Shown: positions 42,231 to 56,371, counted from the first letter of the stretch. The stretch is DNA of 64,000 nucleotides from Octopus sinensis (GCF_006345805.1 NC_043006.1:103540001-103604000), one strand, 5' to 3'. A program made the numbers and translations. Notes: generated by a model not told the origin, from the sequence alone.

Positions 42231-45200
42231 AGAACAGTGGTTACTGTGGGACGTGAATTACTCAAGTTAATTCATTGCGAAAAGATAAGCGATTGTCTTG
42301 CAAATTGCAGCATGGGACATACCCACTTTAAATAGAAGCCTGTAAGTTGGAAATCGACAAAGGTAGAGAGTTCTTCGATTGGCATAAGGTGGAAATCCGG
42401 TATCAGGAGGATTGCATCGTCAACAATGATTATTTGTATACCATGTATAATTTATTTTATTTTATTTTATGTTTAATATAACCATACATTTACACTTTGT
42501 ATGTGCACAAGAAATTTGATCCTGTAATTAAGGTTAATAATGCTGTCAACTATCCAATCGTGTTTAACAAGAATTCAGTCCAACTGCATCTCATTGCAAC
42601 CTGCGACTAAGTGTTGCTGCCCGTATTATGTTGCAAGCACCAAACCTCTACAATGCTGTAAGACTCTCTGTCAAACTGTGAAGTCATGTTATCAAGGTCG
42701 AAATTGTGACTGGTTTCTCCTTTCCTGTGACCATCACCAAATGTCATGGACACCTAGGTTTGCTGCACCTGGAACAAGGAGACCATGATTCTCTTGTGGT
42801 CACCATTTTCCATAATGGCAAAAGTGAATGCCGTTCATTCATTAACGTACCAAACAACAGACAAAGGATTGTTTTCAGTGAAGTTGTATAAAATCACATT
42901 TCTGTTAAAACTACTTTTGTTAAATGTGGTGCACATCAGTTGAGTAATCTAAAAATACATATGAACTAAGACATAGAATAGTATTTTCTTTCCGTCACAA
43001 AATCACCAATAAACACAGTCACAACATCTTAACGCATCATAAATGTGTATCCATTTTGCAATAAAAAGTAATGTTTCTTTATATGTGTCACCCACTGAGA
43101 AAAACAGAAAAAGGAACAAGAAATTGTACTAGCAAGTTCCATGTGCATGTATTTTCTTTACACATTCTGGCACATATTTAAATGTTCTTATATTCCTGCA
43201 ATAAAGTAACTGGAGTTTCAACAACAGGTAGACATCCTCGTTTATTTATGAACGCGACGATTCATTCCTTTGTCGTTTCTTTTTTATGGATTTATATGCA
43301 CGCTACACGTGATGTCACTACTTGCTACATATTGTTGACATAAGCAGCTAAATGTCTTTGGTGCCACAGTTGCTGACGAGTTGAATATACAGCGAAACAG
43401 GTATGGACTGTCAGATAACCTATGGAGAATTAACCCGATTTTCATTATCTAGTGTAGTTGTGGCCCATCCTCTGTTTGCGTCGTACACATAGATGTTTAT
43501 CTGAACTCCGCTCAAACGTTGAGGTGTTTTGTGCTCTCTCTCTCTCTCCATCTCTCTCTCTCTCTCTCTTATTAAAATGTCACCTAGGACAAGTATTGTA
43601 TAATAGAAAACGAACGACTGTAGTGGAAGTAATACAGAACTTATTAATTTACGCAAGCAGAGATCGTTGGAATATACATTCTATAAAACTAGAATTATCG
43701 ACAGAAGTCACATTATCATTTCAAAATATCTTCAAATCAGATGTACCTAATTTACTTTTTAATTACAGAGTATCTGCTTGCTATATATTTGATTAGTTAA
43801 ACATCAGTTCAAGCCAAATGACGATTTCCAATTCAACTAAAACGTTTAGTTTTTCTTACGACAATCAAATTCTAATCAAACGAACATTATTAACACAACA
43901 CTGTTTTCTTGGCTTCTTACTATCTTCTGTTTTATGTCATTAGTTATCTCTATCAAATAAACTAACAATCAAAGAGACAGCAATATCGTACAGTAATATA
44001 GTGTAAATTAACAGAGTAGAAAGATCACAGATTAGTTTGAGAACGTTTTGAAAACGTCATCGCCTCCCATTATTTAACAGTGAATAAAAGACACAAAATA
44101 CGTTTTTGGTGTAACTGTAACACCTGTATTGGTGTCTATGAAATTGGGTGTGGAATACTAATGTAACGAGTGTATTGAACACATTATGTTTTATCAACAT
44201 ATAGTGTTTGAGCATTTAGAAAGGTGTAAAATACTCTGTGAATTGCCTCACTGTCAATTCCCAAACCAGTGAGGCGAATGGAAAATCTTTCTCATATTAG
44301 ATTTACAAAGGACAGAAATTTTGTAAAATAATATTACAAGAGATTATAATAGATCGGTTATAAACAGTTTTTCTGTTTGTAGGTGCAATGCCTTTGACCT
44401 GTACAGGTAATCAAATATTATAATGATTAACGTGTCTGTTATTTGAGGTTAATCATGAGCATAACAGAAAGTTGTCTTGAAGACTTTGTAAGGAAAGACT
44501 AAACGAAATGTTTTATGTGGGAAATGGAAAGTAAGATATAGTAAGTGTGGCTACAAGATCAGAAACCGGCAGGTAACGGGGTACTCATTAACAAAATATG
44601 AAATACGTCAGCTCGGAATGGCTTGTTTTCGGGCGATGAGCGCATTGAAGAACAAAGTAAAATGCATACAATTCGGAGTCCTTAAACTAATCATAGTGTA
44701 TCCTGTAAACTACCATGTTTGGTGGTGCCAATTGCAAAATATTTTGACACATAGAAGGACTTCCTTCCAACATAAACATTTAGTGTACAAATTAATATTT
44801 AATCACTTGAGAAAAGAGCATGCAAAGAAAATTTTGTATCCACCACAAAACATTTATACTCACAAGTTGTATTTTTTCAGCATGTTGTATGGGTCCTCGA
44901 ATTATTGAGGATATTGAAAGCAATATTAAATATATTAGAAGATGAAATTAGTAGGATTTGTACTTCGTTTATAATAAGTAAATAAGTATACATTTTTTGC
45001 CAGATAAGCGAAAGTATTATAAATTGAATTAATGTCTCCAGTTATATTAATGCCACATCATCTATCATCTTCAGAGTGAGTTTGGTGAAAAGTAATAATC
45101 AGTCACCTGAAATGTAGTATTGAATCTTGAAATAATATGATTCTAAATTTGATAAAAAGTCATCGTAAAAGTGTCGTCATGTATTAATGTGGACAAAAGT

Positions 45201-46280
45201 GGAAGAGCATGATATTCATATTGGTCAGGAACTAATCATTGTAATTGTCAATGCGACTTAAACCTTGAAAAGAAAATTTCATGCTTAATCCTTTAAGGCA
45301 GCTTATAAATAACACGTCTTTTTGTGCGGGACGCAAAAAAAAAAGTTAAATACAAGGAGATAATGAATCGAATAAGCGCAAATGTGTTTCAGAAACACAT
45401 GTTGTGTCAATAAGCCACACCCAACCTCAAAGGGTAAAAGGAATGATAAAAACGGTCGAATGCATTGCCGTAATTTGGCCATTTCTCTATCGCTATTGTT
45501 ATTATTTAGAGAGCTTTAGGTGAATTGTTGATAAACACAGCTATTACCAAGGATATTTAATATGTGCTCAATCTGAAATACTTGAGTCATATAAAAATAC
45601 GTTATCTAATTTGGCTGTTGTTTTTTAAACTAGGGAGCAGCTGCGTCATTGGTTTCGCCTTTGTATTAATTTCCATTTCCCTATTTACCGAGACAAACGT
45701 TTTCAAAACCATATTCTAACTCATCAGAGATCTTTCTACTCAAGAGATAATACAGAAAAAACTATACGATATCACAGTCTCTTTGATTAATGCATTATTT
45801 GAAGAAATTAATACTAATGAAGAAAAACAAAAGATAGAAGGAAGCCAAGATAATGTTCGTGAGGTAATAAGTTTCGTTTGATTAAAATTTGATTGACTTA
45901 GGAAACTAAACGTTTAAGATGAATTGGAAATCTTCATTTGATTGAACTGATTCTTACCTAATCAAATATATGGCAACTAATTATTTTGTTATTAAAATGT
46001 TGTCAGTATATCTGGCGTGAAAATCTTTTTCTAAAATACATAAAAGATGCTACCTCCTATACATAACTTCGTTTTATTTTTTGCATTATGAATATTGCAA
46101 TGGCTTCTGCTTGTCTAAATGAATAAAATGTGTAATGCCACCAGTCGGCCTCCACATAATTATCTGCTTAATTTTTCTTACCCGGAACTGTAGTGTGATA
46201 CTATTCCATAAAACCGATCGTTTTTGATTCATTGCTAACCTCAATCTGAGTAGAATCGAAATTGCTCAACTGTCACAATG

Positions 46281-46328
<48 letters not shown>

Positions 46329-46427
46329 TCACGGCCAATCCCAATGTTTTGGGGGTTCTGCTATCTGAATGTTAATGAAACTCGTGCACATGGTAGATTA
46401 TGGTATATTTCACAATATACATTGGTT

Positions 46428-47815
46428 TTAATATCTGGTTGACCTTTCTTTAGCATCAGTTACCGCTTTTATACGGGCGGCAAGCTGGTATAATCGTTAG
46501 CACGCTGGGCGAAGTGCTTAGTGGTATTTCGATTACCGTTACGTTCTGAATTCAAATTCTGCCGAGGTCAACTTTGCCTTTCATCCTTTCGGGGTCGATT
46601 AAATAAGTACCAGTTACGCACTGGGGTCGATGTTACCGACTTAATCCCTTTATCTGTCCTTGTTTGTCCCCTCTATGTTTAGCCCCCTGTGAGCAATAAA
46701 GAAATAAATTACCGCTTTTATACGGTTAGGTATTGAATCAGCTAGTTTCTTGCAGGTGCTTGGCGCAATTTTACTCCATTCTCCTCTCAACATTTGGTAC
46801 AAATGCTCTTTATCTTTAGTTGTTGTGTTCCTGATAGCTTCACCGAGAGTTCCCTATAGATGTTCGATCGGATTTAGATCAGGACTTTGAGCTGGCCAGT
46901 CCAAGGGAACAATACTCTGTGTCTCAAACCATTGACGAATATTCTTTGCTGTATGACATGGAGCGTTCTCCTGTTGAAAGATAACACTGTTTTTCGACAC
47001 TCCTGGATGCAATTTAGCAATTGATGGTTCTAAAACATCCGATAACATAGAAACATAGGTAGCTGAATTCATCCTTGCCTGACACAAAAAAAACATTTCT
47101 CCGGGTCCTGTGACAGACATGCAGGACGACACAATGATAAAACCACCCCAATGTTTTACAGTTGGTACCAGAAATTCAGCCTTAAATGCTTCCCCAACTC
47201 TGCATTGCACGAAAGTTGCACCTGATGTAAAAACCTGAAAGGTAATATAAGCTTTATGTTGGATACTTTTGTATATATTTTGGGCAACAAACCAATTACA
47301 GTAAGTTTATATGTTGATTGAAAACATATACCATCTTACCTCATAATTATTTTCATCAGGCCATATGACTTTCGACCATTGCTCACTCTCCAATTTGAGT
47401 GATATTTGGCCCACTGAAGACTTTTTTCCATATTCGCTTCAGAAACCCATGGCTTTTCCTGGTTTTACAGCTTATCAGACCGTACTCTAAAAGCCTTCTT
47501 CTAACAGTTCTGGTTGATATTTGTAAAGTACTTGCCTCATTGAGGTCCGCACAGAGCTCCGACGATGTTTTTCTCCTGTTTCTGAGCGGCTGATATATGA
47601 TGGATCTGTCATTACGAGGTGATGTAACCTTTTTTCTGCCTGTTCTTTGTATTGTCTTCACAAATTTTGTCTCTCTGAAGTGCTTGAGAGTAGTTTGCAC
47701 CGCACATCGAGAACATTTCATCTTTTAAGCAATTTGCCTTTGAAACATTCCTTTGTTTTTGAAAAGCTACGATTTGACCTCGCTCACATTCACTCAACTC
47801 TTTTATTTTAGGCAT
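46428..47815 (-). pseudogene. Tc1 (DD34E-type) transposase, frameshifted, with predicted intron 47235-47339 and SINE insertion
   Basis: MPKIKELSECERGQIV; TGRKKVTSPRNDR..TVRRRL; WPDENNYE|VFTSG..PTVKHWGG..FQQENAPCH..WPAQSPDLNPIEHL..SIPNRIKAV..TRY*. Confidence 0.85.
46477..46708 (+). mobile_element. SINE family B inserted in the Tc1 transposase with ~17-bp TSD
   Basis: TTACCGCTTTTATACGG at 46460-46476 and 46709-46725. Confidence 0.9.
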
Positions 47816-48145
47816 TTTACTGTTTATTAACTGTATCTACAAATCTACAACGTATTTTACCATAAAACTCCGAAATAAACAAGGAAACATAAGTTAATTC
47901 TGGGCGTTGGTCTTACTCTTAATTCGTTGCATATATACAGTAAAGTATAAAAATGGTAATTGATGCTTGAGGATGGTCAACCAGATAAAAAATCTGAAGT
48001 ATATTCTGAAATATACCAAAACCTTCCAAGTGCACGATAATCATTAACATTGAGATAGCAGAATCCCAAAATATTGGGGTTCTGCTATCTCAATACTTTT
48101 GGCCAAGGCTGTATATGAGAATATTATTATTTATGATATTCCTTT

Positions 48146-49063
48146 TTGCTATAAGTACAAGGCATGAAATTTTGGGGGAGGGGGGTAAGTCGATTACATC
48201 AACCCCAGGTCTCAACTGGTACTTAATTTATCAACCCCGAAAGGATGAAAGGCAAGGTCGACCTCGGCGGAATTTGAACTCAGATCATAGCGGCAGACGA
48301 AATACATATTTCCTTACTACCCATATTTAGAAATATTGTCTGAAAGTATTTCAAAACCTAATCGATAATCAGTGGGTTGCCACTTGCATTGTCAATATAG
48401 CTGACAGAAACCTTAGCACGTTGCCGGGTGAAATGCTTGGCAACATGTTGTCTGATTTCTGAGTTCAAACTCCGCTGGGGTCGACTTTGCCTTTCATCCT
48501 TTCGAGGTCGATAAAATAAGTCCCATTGAATAATGAGGTTGATGTAATCGACTTACCCCCTCCCCTCAAATTGCTGTCCTCGTGGCAAAATCTGAAACTG
48601 ATATAAACCGTTATGAAAGTGACGAGCTGACATAATCGTCAGCATTCCGGACAAAATGCTTAACAACATTTCTTCCGTATTTACGTTCTGAGTTCGAATT
48701 CTGCCGAGGTCGACTCTATCATTTCGAGGTCGATAAAATAAGTACCAGTTGAGTACTGGATTAAAAGTAACCGAGTTAACGGTTCTTTGAAATTACTGGC
48801 CTTGTGCCAGAACTTGAAACCAATAGAATCATATTTCTTTATTGCCCACAAGGGGCTAAACATAGAGGGGACAAAGAAAGACAGACAAAGGGATTAAGTC
48901 GATTAAATCGACCCCAGTACGCAACTGGTACTTAATTTATCGACCCCGAAAGGATGAAAGGCAAAGTCAACCTCGGCGGAATTTGAACTCAGAACATAAC
49001 GGCAGACGGAATACCGCTAAGCATTTCGCCCGGAGTGCTAACGTTTCTGCCAGCTCGCCGCCT
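48146..49063. mobile_element. Cluster of four SINE family B copies (-,+,+,-)
   Basis: Family B cores at ~48230, 48480, 48700, 48940; the last has TSD TTGAAACCAATA.AATC (48814-48830 / 49065-49081). Confidence 0.85.
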
Positions 49064-49559
49064 TTTGAAACCAATATAATCTATAACCAACTTACTCCGT
49101 AATAAACCTATTCCTTGGTTACATTACTTCATGCGTAAACAACCCTCTCGTTAAACCGATCTGTGATGAACAAATTTCATAGTGAACGTATTTCCTAATG
49201 AATCAACACGTTCGCGAACCTACTCCATTGTGAAACTAATGCTTAAATATACTTGTTCCATGATTAAACCAGTTTGTGGTGAACTTCCGCTGTGAAATGA
49301 CTGCCATGAATTTAAATTAATCCGAAGTCAACCTACGCTGTGATAAACCTACTCCTAAATGAACGTACTTCGTGTTCAACCTACTGTGCGTGGAAACAAT
49401 CAAAATAGATCCACACAAAATTATACTAAAAACAGTTTTCACGTAACTGAAACTGACATCTCATGATCGAAAAGAAAATAATAATGTGAGTTATAAAATC
49501 GTAAAATGAGAAAATCGTATATTTAAATGTGGTTGTATGCTTATATATTTATAACACAC

Positions 49560-49627
<68 letters not shown>

Positions 49628-49643
49628 CCTATGTCTGTCTGTC

Positions 49644-49687
<44 letters not shown>

Positions 49688-49703
49688 GCTACCTATCCAT
49701 CTG

Positions 49704-49742
<39 letters not shown>

Positions 49743-49743
49743 A

Positions 49744-49774
<31 letters not shown>

Positions 49775-49795
49775 CTATCGATCTATCTATCTATC

Positions 49796-49871
<76 letters not shown>

Positions 49872-50146
49872 GTATATCTATCTACCTATCTATCTATCTA
49901 TCTGTCTATCTATCTATCCATCTATCTATCTATCTATCTATCTAACTATCTATCTATCTATCTATCTTTCTATCTACCCATATGCATACATGCGTTCATA
50001 CTGCCTACATATATACATGCCTATATGCATACAAACATGCATGCATACATACATGAATGCATACATAATACATACATACATACATACATACATACATACA
50101 TGCATACATACATACATACGCACACATACATACATACATACATACA

Positions 50147-50180
<34 letters not shown>

Positions 50181-50275
50181 CATGCATGCATGCATGCATA
50201 CATACATACATACATACATACATACATACATACATACTTACATACATGCATGCATACATACATACATATATATAC
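49560..50275. repeat. Compound (TATC)n then (TACA)n microsatellites
   Basis: Directly visible tetranucleotide arrays. Confidence 0.95.
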
Positions 50276-50821
50276 ACACGAGTTAGTGCTGAATTGTTCC
50301 TGGCTTTGAGTAAAAGAAAATACAGGAGGATCAGTTAGGATTTTATTCAGCATATTCTCGTCAACAAACCGGAGACCCTGGTGCAACTGAAAGAGAACAT
50401 TAATAGAGAAATTAGAGAATTGGGGTCTGAAACTCTTGAGGGTTTTATGGTGAATGATTTGGAAAGAGCACGGGCGTGCGAAGCAGAAAATGGGTACCAT
50501 TTATGCGATGTCATTCTTTCACATGTGATGTAGTGGTGTCGTAAAATTTGACTTGTGAATATTAATTTTTATTATTCCCTTTATATTGTATCAAAATGTC
50601 ATGCGTTTATTTCTAAAGTTAAGGAAGTTATTAAAAAGAGAAACTCATGAGTGAGTTTTGGGACACTCTGTATAACCAACAGATCTGTTAAACACGACAG
50701 AAAGTCTAAATAATAGTATGAATGTAAATTATCTACAAATGAAGAGATTTGTACGCTTACATCCATATATATTCGTAACTCCATAACTAATGTGAAGTAT
50801 AATTTAACAACCGACCGTGAT

Positions 50822-51112
50822 TGTTTGTTCCTTCTCGAGCCACGCCTGGCTCATAAGGGCCGGTTTCTCGGTTTGTTGCCGTATAGGTTCCCCACCTGGA
50901 CGGGATGCCGGTCCGTCGCGGGTGAACTGCGAGATGCAGGAGGAAAGAGTGAGAGAAAGAGTCAGCAGAAGTTCGCCATTACCTTCTACCGGAGCCGCGT
51001 GGAGTTTAGGTGTTTCGCTCATAAACACACACATCGCCCGGTCTGAGATTCGAACCCGCGATCCCTCGACCGTGAGTCTGCTGCTCTAACCACTAGGCCA
51101 TGTGCCTCCACA
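50822..51112 (-). mobile_element. SINE family C, alternative-tail variant (partial copy 63846-64000)
   Basis: Minus head TGGAGGCACATGGCCTAGTGGTTAG..GGTTCGAATC; tail GCATCCCGTCCAGGTGG..GAGAAGGAACAAAC. Confidence 0.85.
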
Positions 51113-51685
51113 CCGACAATCATTGACGCAAGAAAACCCTGAACGGATTCATAGCAATAATATTTTTATATCTGGAACAGAGTTGATGGTGATGCTGCAA
51201 CGGCATCACAAACCGAAATCCGGGATCGCATCGAGGAAAAGTAGAACCCAGTTGACTTTTGCATAAATTCACGCCCTGCAAAGTTTCAAACTTCCGGTGA
51301 ACAAAAGAACAAATAGGCAAAGTGAATGCAAAACTGACCCGGCAAAAAAACATAAAACGAATGAGAGAATTCTCTTAAACACCTCGCTCCCCCACAAACA
51401 CGCACAGAGGGAGAAACGCCTGTATATATGTACAACACATTGTTTATTATAACGAAATGAAATAAATTTGAATATTACAAAGCATCATTGAGGGTGGTAT
51501 AAATATATAAACACATTCTATATATAATGTGTAGAAAAGAAAAGAAGGATGCCTCTTGACACACCGTTTCATGTTTTGTTGACTGATCTTCAGGGGAAAT
51601 GCATCCATTTCCACCCCTACTAAAAGCATAGTACATTCAACTAATTTATAAAGCAGTCACAATTTATGCCATCATCGAGAAAGTA

Positions 51686-51798
<113 letters not shown>

Positions 51799-52309
51799 TG
51801 TGTTGTAACAAGTAGATAAGCACTAGAAGATATTGAATTAATAGTAACATGAAGAAATTCTTATAGATCGACAGATAGTGAGAAAGTGATGCACAAATTA
51901 ATTAAATGCGCCATTGACGAAACACAGATTTAGAACTGTGTCATAAATGTGTTGTGTATCATAATAACACGAAGAGAACACTAATGATGCCCAATTAATA
52001 AATATATATTATTTCCAGATGTTTCCTGAATATATATGATACCATATGCTATACAAGCTATTGAATTGCAATCCAACAATGCAGCAAATTAGTAGAATCA
52101 CTACAGACTTAGATAAAATGCTGCGCATTATTCGTCACGATTCTTCGTGGTCTCAGATCAAATTCCTCATCTAAATTTCGTATGCAAGTATTTTCTCTGT
52201 TTATCAAGGAGAAACTTGTAAACCTAGCTATCTGCATTTAGTTATATAATTCTAATGATTTTAATTATATGTACTTTAGCAACAGATACTTATTGGTTTT
52301 AAATCTTCA

Positions 52310-52530
52310 ACCTTTGTCACAAGGCCAGTCATTTCGGAAGAGATTAATTAAGTCGATTTGATCAGACCTTAGTGCGCAGGTAGTGCTTACTTATCTTATG
52401 GTCGCCGACTGGATGAAAGGCAAATTCGACCTCGGCGGAATTTGACCTTAGAATGTAAAGTCGGACGAAATGCCACTTAGCATTTTTTTTGGCCCTAGCG
52501 CTGTAACTATCCTGCTAGATGGCGCCCTTC
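52310..52530 (-). mobile_element. SINE family B, decayed
   Basis: GGATGAAAGGCAAATTCGACCTCGGCGGAATTTGA. Confidence 0.7.
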
Positions 52531-53001
52531 TAACATTTGATAATTATTACCATACATTGGTTTTACCAGTCGTGCACTATTTGCCCATAAATGTAATAAA
52601 TATACAGAAAGAATCTACGTTCCTCTTCTATTTCTCCCTTATTTTCTTGCTAGTGCTTGTAATAGAATGGTGTAATATTGTGATGCTATGCAGTGCTGAT
52701 TCAACCGACGAATTACAGAAACACGTAATATTGTAATACTCGACCATCTCACGCTTAGCGAAGAAGCGTGTGCTTGCCATCATAGGAATACCACATGTGC
52801 ATACCATCGAGAAAGCATATCTGACCATTGATGTATAGATGGTCTGAAGAAATTCCCAGGGAGCAGTGACATCAATGAATTATTCTTGATAAAGACACAT
52901 TCTCCTGACAGCATTGAGTGCTCCCCTTACTTTCATTTGTAAAGAAAACCATATACTATATTATATGAGATCACACCAAGCTGCTTCAGATATAAATACC
53001 T

Positions 53002-53035
<34 letters not shown>

Positions 53036-53912
53036 GTGTATTGTGTGTGCGTGTGTGTGTGTGCGCGTGTGTGAATGTGTGTGTGTGTGTGTGTGTGTAC
53101 ACAGCATAGACAAATATAGGACCTGCAACCAAAGTGTAACAGCAAATATCGAAAAACGGATTCCAACCTGCAGGAGTCTTGTCGACACAGCAAGAACGAG
53201 ATAAAATCCATAGCTTCAGTCGGTTACACGTGAAATTTCTGACGGAAAATCTAATGACCGTTGCTTCTAGGCGGACGCTGTGAAGGAGATGCCGTAGAAT
53301 TCTAAACCCACGTCACTCCCAGAGGCGGAGACGGAAGGATGGATAGGCGGACAAACGCAGGTATGTCAAGTATTACGTAATATAAATTCTTTATTAATAT
53401 TACCTTTCTTCTGAAAATGATTATCATAATTACCAAATGGTAACTGAAAACATCTCCATTTGTGAAAGAGATATAATCTCAAGTGTTTTAACTGACGTGC
53501 TAACGATGTTCCTTGCTTACTGCCTCTCTATAATATAATAAAAAGACAATAGTTAAATGCATAATATTATCATAAAAACGCATTATAATATATTAAAATA
53601 TAATAAATAATGAAATATGATATAATATTTTATAATATAGGCAGCTGTGTACTGCATAACCTATGACATTGGACTTGCGAATTATTGAGTCGGCTAATCA
53701 CCCGTCAGATTTCTTACGTAACCTGAGATTGAGAAAATGCCAGCAATTCCGTAAATAGGAAATATTATTTCACCTCTGAAGCATGTTGTTATTAGATTTA
53801 GAATGTCACTAGTCAACTCTCTTACACTCAAAAACATATGTACTAAAATACATATGCATGCACACAGATACACGTACTGATGCGCGTATACACTTATATA
53901 TACATACACTTT

Positions 53913-53954
<42 letters not shown>

Positions 53955-54369
53955 GTGTCACTTAGGCACATATATGGATAAACAGATGTATACACATACA
54001 TAAGTATACATGATGACACATATGCGTACATACATTTATAGCGTCCATGTGTCGTATGAAGGTGCATACATCGGTAAATATACAGGTGTGTATACCATTG
54101 CGTATAAGTCCGTGTGTATTCATATGTATGCCTAAGCATTTATGCCTATGAATACGCACACAGATATACAAACGCATGTTCACACATACGTGTACAAATA
54201 GAAACGTACATACATATAATTAAATAGACACACCCACCTAACCTCCACTCAACACACGCACACACATACCCAAACATACACACACTTGCCCACGCTCACA
54301 TTTATGCGTGTGTATGTGTGTAGGTGTTACACACACACAAAACAAAAAAAATCATTTATAGAGATAGAG

Positions 54370-55215
54370 GCAAAAGCGACTGTGCGGTAAGAAGCTTGCT
54401 TTCCAACAAATGGTTCCGGGTTCAGTCCCACTGCGCGGCACCTTGAGTAAGTGTTTTCTACTATAACCTCGGGCTGATTTGGTAGACAAAAACTGAAAGA
54501 AGCCCGTCGTTTAAATATGTGTGTGTGTGTGTGTGTGCGTGTATGTATGTATGCGTGTGTGTTTGTATGTATGTATGTATGTATGTATTTGTGTCTGTGT
54601 TTGTCCTCCGACCATCGTTTGACAATTTATGCTGCTATGTTTACGTTCCCGTAACTTAGTGTAACTAATATAATAAGCATTAGGCCTCCAAAGAATAAGT
54701 CCTGGAGTTGATTTGTTCGACTAAAGGCGGTATTCCAGCACGGCTTCAGTCAAATGACTGAAACAAGTAAAAGTATATGTACTAATATCGGTCTTTTGCC
54801 GAACCGCTAGGTTACGGGGATGTAAATACATTAAAATCGGTTGTCAAGCGATGGTGGTGGGGGGACAAACACAGACACTCAAATATATATATATATGTAT
54901 ATAAGCGACAGGACTCTTTCAGTTTCCCTCTCCCAAATCCACTCAGCAGGCTTTAGTCGGACCGAGGCTATAGTAGAAGACATTGTCCCAAGGTGACACG
55001 CAGTGGGACTGAAACCCGGAACCATATGGTTGAGAAACAAGCTTCTTACCACACAGAACGTGACCCAATGTTCATCTGGTACTTAAATTATCGACACCGA
55101 GGGATGAAATACAAAAATTAACCTCGGTAGAATTTAAAATCACAGCGTAAAAATGAACGAAATGTCGCTAAGTAAATTGTCCGACGCATTAATAATTCTG
55201 CCAGCTCGGCGCCTT
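54370..55215. mobile_element. SINE cluster: family A (+, 54370-54773), family A (-, 54787-55036), family B (-, 55040-55215)
   Basis: Matches to the family consensuses seen elsewhere in the window. Confidence 0.8.
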
Positions 55216-55264
55216 TTGAAGCATTTATAATAAAGATTTTATTATCTCAGATAAACCTGAATCT

Positions 55265-55351
<87 letters not shown>

Positions 55352-55352
<1 letters not shown>

Positions 55353-56322
55353 AGCATTCTATAGGGGATTAGTGAAGGGGAGGTACGACGACGAGCTCGG
55401 GGCGAACCTGGACGTCGACGAGGAATTCCTGACCCGCCTGTTCAGGACGACTTTCGGGCCAGGGCCCATGGACAACTTCCAGAGATCCCTGGCCTGGCAG
55501 TGCTACCGAGAAGCGCTACCCGTTCCGGATAAGCTCTACAGACACGGCTCGAGAAACACGGGCCGGCCTGCCCGAGATGCGGTCAGTGCGACGAAACCGT
55601 TCTGCATGCAATCGTGCAGTGTCCAGCAATCTCCGACCTGTGGGCTTATGTCGAACAAATGCTGTCACGTGTGGGACGAGTCGGTTTATCAGCTGAGTCT
55701 ATCGTCAATATTGTCACGCCTCCTTCCTTCAAACGGGAAGGAAGAGCAATTTTCATCATCCTTGTGGCTATGGCGAAAGAATGTATCTGGTGGACGCGCC
55801 TGAAAAGATTAGAGACAAACACTTTCCTCTCTGATCAATCTCTCAACTTCTTCAAGTATCACTTGAAAAGGAAAGTGAGAATAGAGAGGCAAGTTTTGTC
55901 TAGCGAATGTTTCAAAAAAAGATGGGTGAATGTAGCAAGGATGGCACGTATGAATGACGAAGCCACCTTGAGCATGATCCTATGAACCCGGAAATTTAAA
56001 ACAGAGGATTACCTACTTGCAAACAAATGCGGTAACATGTAACAATATTACCGTGGTCTTTTCCGTAGGCTTTTCATCCAACGGATAAACCTTATCTGTT
56101 TCCCCCTTTACACCTTACATCATGACCCTGTGATACACGATCCCTATTCATCGTTTTTTTCTTTTTTCTTTTCTTTTGTTTCTTTTCCTTTTTTTCTTTT
56201 TTTTCTTCTTTCCCTTTTACGATCCCTTTTGATCGAAAACCTACCCCACCTTATTTTTCTCCAAAACGAAAAGCTCTACTATCCCGTCTGTGTGCAGCCC
56301 TGTGTGGCTAATAAAGAAACAT
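55352..56322 (+). mobile_element. 5'-truncated Tx1/L1-clade LINE inserted in (TATC)n
   Basis: DNFQRSLAWQCYREALPVPDKL..CPRCGQCDETVLHAIVQCP..LWAYVEQMLS..AKECIWWTR; 3' UTR ends GCCCTGTGTGGCTAATAAAGAAA; TATC repeats on both sides. Confidence 0.85.
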
Positions 56323-56371
56323 ATCTATCTATCTATCCATCTATTTATTTCTCTTTCTCTCTCTCTCTCTC

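Larger units (their letters stand above)
46326..48111 (-). mobile_element. Tc1-family DNA transposon with ~120-140 bp TIRs, TA-flanked
   Basis: TA|CAGTCACGGCCAA...TTGGCCAAGGCTG|TA; internal Tc1 transposase. Confidence 0.9.
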
